DNA of 37,401 nucleotides from Bacteroidota bacterium (GTDB lineage Bacteria; Bacteroidota; Bacteroidia; J057; JADKCL01): NCBI GenBank assembly GCA_046050405.1, contig JBJOPY010000186.1, positions 1 to 37,401 of the forward strand, read 5' to 3'. Shown piece by piece: positions 32,735 to 37,401 of this stretch (position 1 is its first letter; each line of letters starts with the position of its first letter). The notes under the pieces were generated by a model. It saw only the letters and a program-made list of their open reading frames with translations, ran no database searches and was not told where the DNA came from. The position numbers and the translations under genes were made by a program.

Positions 32735-33545
32735 CGAAGCAATCAAGGCAAAAATTGGCGCATTGGAAGACGAGCCATCTGACCGTGTCTGGGCGGGGGT
32801 CAGTGGAGCCATCGGGGCCACGAGGCCACCACATCCGGCCTCATGGAGGATCAAGTTCGCGGCAGCGGCAGCCGTTTTGGCTGTAGTGGGTCTGGGATAC
32901 TGGTATCTGCAGATGGGTCATTCAATGCATGGAGCCCTTGCCTTGAAGAAAAAAGTTCAGACCCTGGAAGCCAAGCAGGGTTCACAGGAAGACGCCGCCC
33001 GGCACGGGGCGCACCTGGCGCAGTCCCTGGGCGACTCTGCTGGAAAACCTGCCCCATTGCCCGTGCTTTCCCGCCAGGAAGATGACGCCCTCATGGCCCA
33101 TGCCCCCCACCAAGTCCCGCTTCCTGCCCGGGATTCCCCTGGGGTCATTTTGCGGACACCCTTCGGCCTGGATTCGGATCCTGTTCAGCCGGAGCAGGCG
33201 TTCGCTGATCGGGAGCCCCCCGTGTCCGATACTGCCCTCGTGTCTTTGCCTGACCGTGGCGGGTGGAGGCCGGACACGCCCACCGATGCAGGGATGGAAG
33301 GAGGGAAAGCGATCGCGAGCAATTCTCGGCGGCGCATTCAAATCCCAGGGCGTGAGGACCTGGATGCCGACCAATTGCGGCGCAGGTCAGGGGCCATCTT
33401 GGGGTTCGTCGCCAATGGTGCGAACCAGTACCTGGGCCTCGATGCCAGCTATTCCGAAAGGCAAAGCGAGGACCTGAAATTGACCGCCTTCCATGCCGAT
33501 CTCGGCGTGTTCAAAATCAGAAAAGTCAAAACAGTTAAACAGTAA
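32712..33545 (+). CDS. putative anti-sigma factor (single-pass membrane protein)
   Basis: It overlaps the sigma gene by 23 nt. The N-terminal cytoplasmic part is followed by one TM helix (KFAAAAAVLAVVGLGYWYL). This is the usual Bacteroidota sigma/anti-sigma arrangement, but no specific domain was recognised. Confidence 0.5.
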   Translation: MEQRDRFDEAIKAKIGALEDEPSDRVWAGVSGAIGATRPPHPASWRIKFAAAAAVLAVVGLGYWYLQMGHSMHGALALKKKVQTLEAKQGSQEDAARHGAHLAQSLGDSAGKPAPLPVLSRQEDDALMAHAPHQVPLPARDSPGVILRTPFGLDSDPVQPEQAFADREPPVSDTALVSLPDRGGWRPDTPTDAGMEGGKAIASNSRRRIQIPGREDLDADQLRRRSGAILGFVANGANQYLGLDASYSERQSEDLKLTAFHADLGVFKIRKVKTVKQ

Positions 33546-33550
33546 ATGCA

Positions 33551-34432
33551 ATGAATACTACAATCGTTTCCTCCACTCCACTCACCCTCCGCCTCGCTTG
33601 CTCGGCACTGCTGATGCTCCTCGGATTGGGCAGCCAAGCCCAGGGCGGCAAGGGCAATACCGTGAACGACACCACCGAGGTCGTCATGGGGCACAAGGTC
33701 ATCACCATCACCTATGACACACTTACCGGCAAGAAGGACGTGACCGTGAAATCATTCGAAAACGCCACATCGGAGGACGATGCCGATGGGAAGGATTCCT
33801 CCGAGATCAAGCCGGTAAAGGCCTCCGTGCTCGGATTGGACCTTGGGTTGAACTGGCTCATGGCCGACAACCGGTTTCAATTCCCCGCGTCCGAGAGCGA
33901 TTTCGAGACCGAGCCGCTGCGCTCCTCCCATTTCGCATTGCATCTCTTTCCCTCCCACTTCAGCATGGCAAAAGGCAAAGTCAGCCTGCTGACGGCCATC
34001 ACACTGGACAATGTCAGGTATCAATTCCGCAACAATGTCACCTTCGCACCGAACCAGCCCAGGGTCACCCTGGTGGATGATTCGGTCAGCCTGCGGAAAA
34101 ACAAGCTGAACATCTGGTATGGCCAGATTCCGCTCATGCTGAGCCTTCAGACGAATCCTTCGCACCCCAAGCGCAACTTCCACATTGCCGTGGGCGGCTA
34201 TGCAGGGTTGTTGCTGGGGGCGAGCTCCAAGCAGAAAAGCGAGGAGCGCGGCAAAGTCATCCGCCAGGACGACTACAACCTGGAGCCGCTGCGCTATGGA
34301 TTGTCGGCCAGGATTGGTTACGGAATCCTGGAGCTGTACACGAACTATACGCTCAGCGATCTGTTCCAGGAGGGGCAGGCACCTGCCTTCAACAACATCA
34401 ACTTTGGGATCTCCCTGACGGGCATGTTGTAG
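33551..34432 (+). CDS. outer-membrane beta-barrel-like protein, third gene of the sigma/anti-sigma cluster
   Basis: A signal peptide ...LLMLLGLGSQAQ is followed by alternating beta-strand-like segments (YGLSARIGYGILELYTNYTLS). Confidence 0.5.
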   Translation: MNTTIVSSTPLTLRLACSALLMLLGLGSQAQGGKGNTVNDTTEVVMGHKVITITYDTLTGKKDVTVKSFENATSEDDADGKDSSEIKPVKASVLGLDLGLNWLMADNRFQFPASESDFETEPLRSSHFALHLFPSHFSMAKGKVSLLTAITLDNVRYQFRNNVTFAPNQPRVTLVDDSVSLRKNKLNIWYGQIPLMLSLQTNPSHPKRNFHIAVGGYAGLLLGASSKQKSEERGKVIRQDDYNLEPLRYGLSARIGYGILELYTNYTLSDLFQEGQAPAFNNINFGISLTGML

Positions 34433-34494
34433 GCATGGCCAGGCGGGGCGATGTCCCCTGCATTTTCCCAAGACCCGCGCTAGATCCAATGTGG

Positions 34495-34527
34495 AAAGCA
34501 CTGCCTCCCTGGCAGTGCTTTTTATTT
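34495..34527 (+). terminator. rho-independent terminator after 33551..34432
   Basis: A perfect 11-bp stem AAAGCACTGCC / GGCAGTGCTTT with loop tccct, running into TTTTTATTT. Confidence 0.8.
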
Positions 34528-34593
34528 ACAGTGATAGCGATTTCCAGAGGCAATCCTGGGCAATCGGAACGCTTCCTTGCCTACATTTGGAGG

Positions 34594-35265
34594 ATGCCGG
34601 AGATGATTCGAATCGATCACGAAGTTTGGCACGTCTGCTGGAAAGCACTCGAGACCCAATTTGAATGCTCCGTTCCTGCGGGGTTTCAGAGGGGTGAAAT
34701 CAATTTGGAGGCCCTCCTGCGACATCTTATGCCACCGTCCGATGAAGTGTACCGCCGGGGAAGGATCGTGATCAGGCATGATCTTCGGGCGGCGGTCTCA
34801 GACCTTGAGGAGGATGCCTCCATCGCGGAGGAATCAATGCAGGTGCTGTTTCCGGCCAAGGGGCGTCGGGCGAAATGGAAGGAGCTGCAAAGGCTTCTCG
34901 AATGGAAACTGCCCCGTATCGGCATGCCCGTCTGGGCACAGCACTTATGGGGTGCAGGGCTTCTGGCAGGTTTTGTGATGATCTTCATTTGGCCGCTGTG
35001 GGGATTGTTGCTCTTCTTCGGAGGCTCCCTGCTCAGCTTCCTGGTCGAGAAGATCGCCTGGGCCTTGCCCTATCCGACCTTCAGCGAGACCGTCGAAGCG
35101 ATGGTTCGCCTGAATTCACCCTTGCTGGAGCAAGGTGTCGCAGAAGACCATTTGCGTGTGACCTTTGTGGATGCATTGGCAGATGGCCCGGGCTTCCAAC
35201 TGGATCCACAAGTGGGATTTCCGATCATTTATGTAGGCGAACCCTTCGAGGGCGGGTCATCCTAG
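34594..35265 (+). CDS. hypothetical membrane protein
   Basis: The start is moved to MPEMIRIDHEVWHV..., because the track ORF start (34435) would span the terminator at 34495..34527. There are two hydrophobic helices (WGAGLLAGFVMIFIWPLWGLLLFFGGSLLSFLV). Confidence 0.45.
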   Translation: MPEMIRIDHEVWHVCWKALETQFECSVPAGFQRGEINLEALLRHLMPPSDEVYRRGRIVIRHDLRAAVSDLEEDASIAEESMQVLFPAKGRRAKWKELQRLLEWKLPRIGMPVWAQHLWGAGLLAGFVMIFIWPLWGLLLFFGGSLLSFLVEKIAWALPYPTFSETVEAMVRLNSPLLEQGVAEDHLRVTFVDALADGPGFQLDPQVGFPIIYVGEPFEGGSS

Positions 35266-35354
35266 CAGGATGGACGCCTTGGTGAAGGATCGGAGCTTGA
35301 GGTTTTATGGGGTGGGAGGCATGCCTTGCGCAAGCCGCTGAGCAGCATCCAAGG

Positions 35355-36884
35355 TCAATCCCACTGAATCCCCCCACGGAACCTGTCGGAACCTTGCTCG
35401 GGCTTGCCTTTTGGTTGGATGTCGCCAGGACTGGTTTTGGGAGGCGAGGCGACATTTCCTCCGCTTTGCAGATTGGAAGGTGATCCGCCTTTGCCGCGAT
35501 GCCGCTGGCGTCTGCGGGAGGCTTGCCCCTCACGCGGGGAATCGTTGGCGGCAGATGGACGGTTCTGCCCGGCAGGCTTCTGAGCCTGGGGATGTTCCTT
35601 GTGTTGTCGCGGTTGCTGGCGTGAAGGCGGATTTTGGGTTACACCCTGCAGCCTTGCATTGCCCCTTCCGCCGCCACGTCCGCCTCTTGCAGCTTCCACC
35701 TCAGCCTCGGCGGCCTCGGCAAAGGACAGCTTGAGGGTCGGGGTTCCCGGAGGGAATGGATGCGCTTGGACAATGTTCAGAGGCCGGCGGATCAGGCGCT
35801 CGATGTCCCGCAGGTAGGTGCGCTCCTCTGCGTCGCAGAAGGCAAGGGCGATTCCGCTCGCGCCTGCACGTCCTGTCCGGCCGATGCGGTGTACATAGGT
35901 CTCGGGGACATTCGGCAGGTCATACTGAATCACATGGCTCAGCTCATCGATGTCGATGCCCCTCGCCGCAATGTCCGTCGCCACCAGAATGCGCAAGCGA
36001 CCCGCCTTGAAGCCTTCCAGGGCGGCCACGCGAGCAGCCTGGGATTTGTTCCCATGGATGGCTTCGGCTCCGATTCCGGCTCCGTTGACCACTTTGGCGA
36101 TCTTGTTGGCACCGTGCTTGGTCCTGGCAAACACCAGGGCACGGGTAATGTCCTTGTCCTGCAGCAAGTGCAGCAGCAATGCGTTTTTGTTGCCCTTGTC
36201 CACGAAAAACAATCCTTGCTCCACGCGCTCTGCGGTGGTCACCTGCGGCTTCACTGTCACCTTTGCCGGGTCATTGAGGATTTTCGTGGACAGGTCGATG
36301 ATCTCTTGGGGCAGGGTCGCGCTGAAGTAGAGCGACTGCCGCTTCGGGGGCAACTTGGCGATGATCTTGCGGACATCGTGGATGAATCCCAGGTCGAGCA
36401 TGCGGTCGGCCTCGTCCAGCACGAAAAACTCGATGTCGTTCAGGTGAACGAACCCCTGCTGCATCAGGTCGAGCAGGCGGCCAGGGGTCGCAGTCAGGAT
36501 GTCGACGCCCTTCTGTAGCTCGAGGGTTTGCTTGCCCTGCTTCACACCCCCGAAGATGACCGTATGCCGCAGACCCGGAAGGTTCTGTCCATAGTCGCGA
36601 ATGCTTTCATCTATCTGAATGGCAAGTTCCCGGGTCGGGGTGATGATCAGGGCCTTGATTTTCTTCGCCTTGGCCCTCAGGTCCATCCGGGAATTCATCA
36701 GTTGCAGGATCGGAACCGTGAACGCACAAGTCTTGCCCGTGCCTGTCTGCGCACAACCCAGCAAATCTCGCCCTTGGAGCAATAGCGGGATGGCTTGTTC
36801 TTGGATCGGGGTCGGTTCGCTGTATCCGAGTGCCTTCAAGGCATCCAGGATGGGCGGTATAATGTTTAAATTTTCAAATGTCAT
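35355..36884 (-). CDS. DEAD-box ATP-dependent RNA helicase (RhlE-like) with basic Gly/Arg/Pro/Gln-rich C-terminal tail
   Basis: The Q-motif region reads YSEPTPIQEQAIP. Further motifs are AQTGTGKT, PTRELA, DEAD (VLDEADRMLD), SAT and HRIGRTGRAG. Confidence 0.92.
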   Translation of the reverse strand: MTFENLNIIPPILDALKALGYSEPTPIQEQAIPLLLQGRDLLGCAQTGTGKTCAFTVPILQLMNSRMDLRAKAKKIKALIITPTRELAIQIDESIRDYGQNLPGLRHTVIFGGVKQGKQTLELQKGVDILTATPGRLLDLMQQGFVHLNDIEFFVLDEADRMLDLGFIHDVRKIIAKLPPKRQSLYFSATLPQEIIDLSTKILNDPAKVTVKPQVTTAERVEQGLFFVDKGNKNALLLHLLQDKDITRALVFARTKHGANKIAKVVNGAGIGAEAIHGNKSQAARVAALEGFKAGRLRILVATDIAARGIDIDELSHVIQYDLPNVPETYVHRIGRTGRAGASGIALAFCDAEERTYLRDIERLIRRPLNIVQAHPFPPGTPTLKLSFAEAAEAEVEAARGGRGGGRGNARLQGVTQNPPSRQQPRQHKEHPQAQKPAGQNRPSAANDSPREGQASRRRQRHRGKGGSPSNLQSGGNVASPPKTSPGDIQPKGKPEQGSDRFRGGIQWD

Positions 36885-37300
36885 AAAACAGAATCTGGGG
36901 CAAAGCTACGGAATAATGGACGGTGAAGCGCGGATAATCCTGGGATGGCGTGGTGCCGCACCTTCGGGGGCAGGAGGACAAGGCATTCCGCAGGGGAGGG
37001 GTGCCGGATTCCGGCACGCAAATGGCAAAATCCAAGGTTTCTCCGTCCCTGCCAGAACCTGATGGGCCGATCCTAACGGCCTCATTCATGGACAGATAGG
37101 CTGAACCCCTAACGGATGAGAAAACGGACATGCTTAGCTATTTTCATTTCATTCGCACCAAATCCAAAAACTTGTCGTACATTTGCATCCGCAAGCTGTT
37201 GGAAGGCAGAATTTTGCAGCCATGGAGAGCCGTGCGGACGGCGAAATGAAAAGGTGCGAAGTTCAATTTTCACAGCAAATGTGAAACTTAATATTATCGT

Positions 37301-37401
37301 ATGACCTTTTCAGAAATCGGCCTCTCGCCGGAAATCTTGTCGCCGAGCTGCCGCCGTCGATCATCGGAGGCAAGAGGGTGTAGCTACCGGAGGCATCGAG
37401 G
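37301..37401 (+). CDS. possible start of a gene running off the window end
   Basis: ATG at 37301 gives MTFSEIGLSPEIL..., which resembles the first residues of DEAD-box helicases. The continuation (SPSCRRRSSEARG) does not look like one, and the stretch is too short to judge. Confidence 0.2.
   Translation, partial: MTFSEIGLSPEILSPSCRRRSSEARGCSYRRHR

Overview
GC-rich segment that looks Bacteroidota-derived, judged from a Bacteroidota-type tmRNA with tag GNTQFALAA, a fused CcoN-CcoO, a DUF1573 protein and TAnnTTTG-like promoter boxes. All domain calls are by-eye motif recognition on the supplied translations; no searches were run.

Ordinary content:
- Two small secreted-protein paralogs and two DUF5681-like small genes.
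- A 7TM-HD phosphohydrolase gene broken at a G11 run, a triple-DUF1573 protein and ssrA (tmRNA).
- A tandem Usp and a complete cbb3 oxidase/maturation cluster (ccoI-ccoS-ccoNO-ccoQ-like-ccoP-ccoG-fixH-TauE-like).
- OMP and lipoprotein genes, and an AT-richer NmrA-like gene flanked by imperfect ~170 bp direct repeats.
- YqgE/AlgH, a TPR protein, an ECF sigma/anti-sigma/OMP triad and a DEAD-box helicase.

Main point of interest: a ~9.6 kb accessory block (about 6.74-16.3 kb) directly 3' of ssrA, all on the minus strand. It consists of three tandem cassettes. Each has a very large protein (887 aa, 996 aa, and one decayed copy) followed 9-12 nt later by a ~148 aa YbjN-like protein.
- The large proteins share a hydrophilic Q/A-rich ~112 aa leader without a signal peptide.
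- They also share a Gly/Ala/Ser-rich body with a 46 aa hydrophobic helical-hairpin-like segment, and a conserved C-terminal tail.
- At one common junction after the leader, the three copies carry nothing extra, a DUF4157-like module (HEAWHVVQQ), or an AT-richer XRE/MBF1-like HTH segment that replaces ~1.9 kb of the body.
- Only one of the three YbjN-like partners is intact.

I read this as an orphan array of DUF4157/eCIS-type membrane-active effectors with chaperone- or immunity-like partners. No injection machinery, integrase, transposase, CRISPR, rRNA or tRNA is visible in the window.
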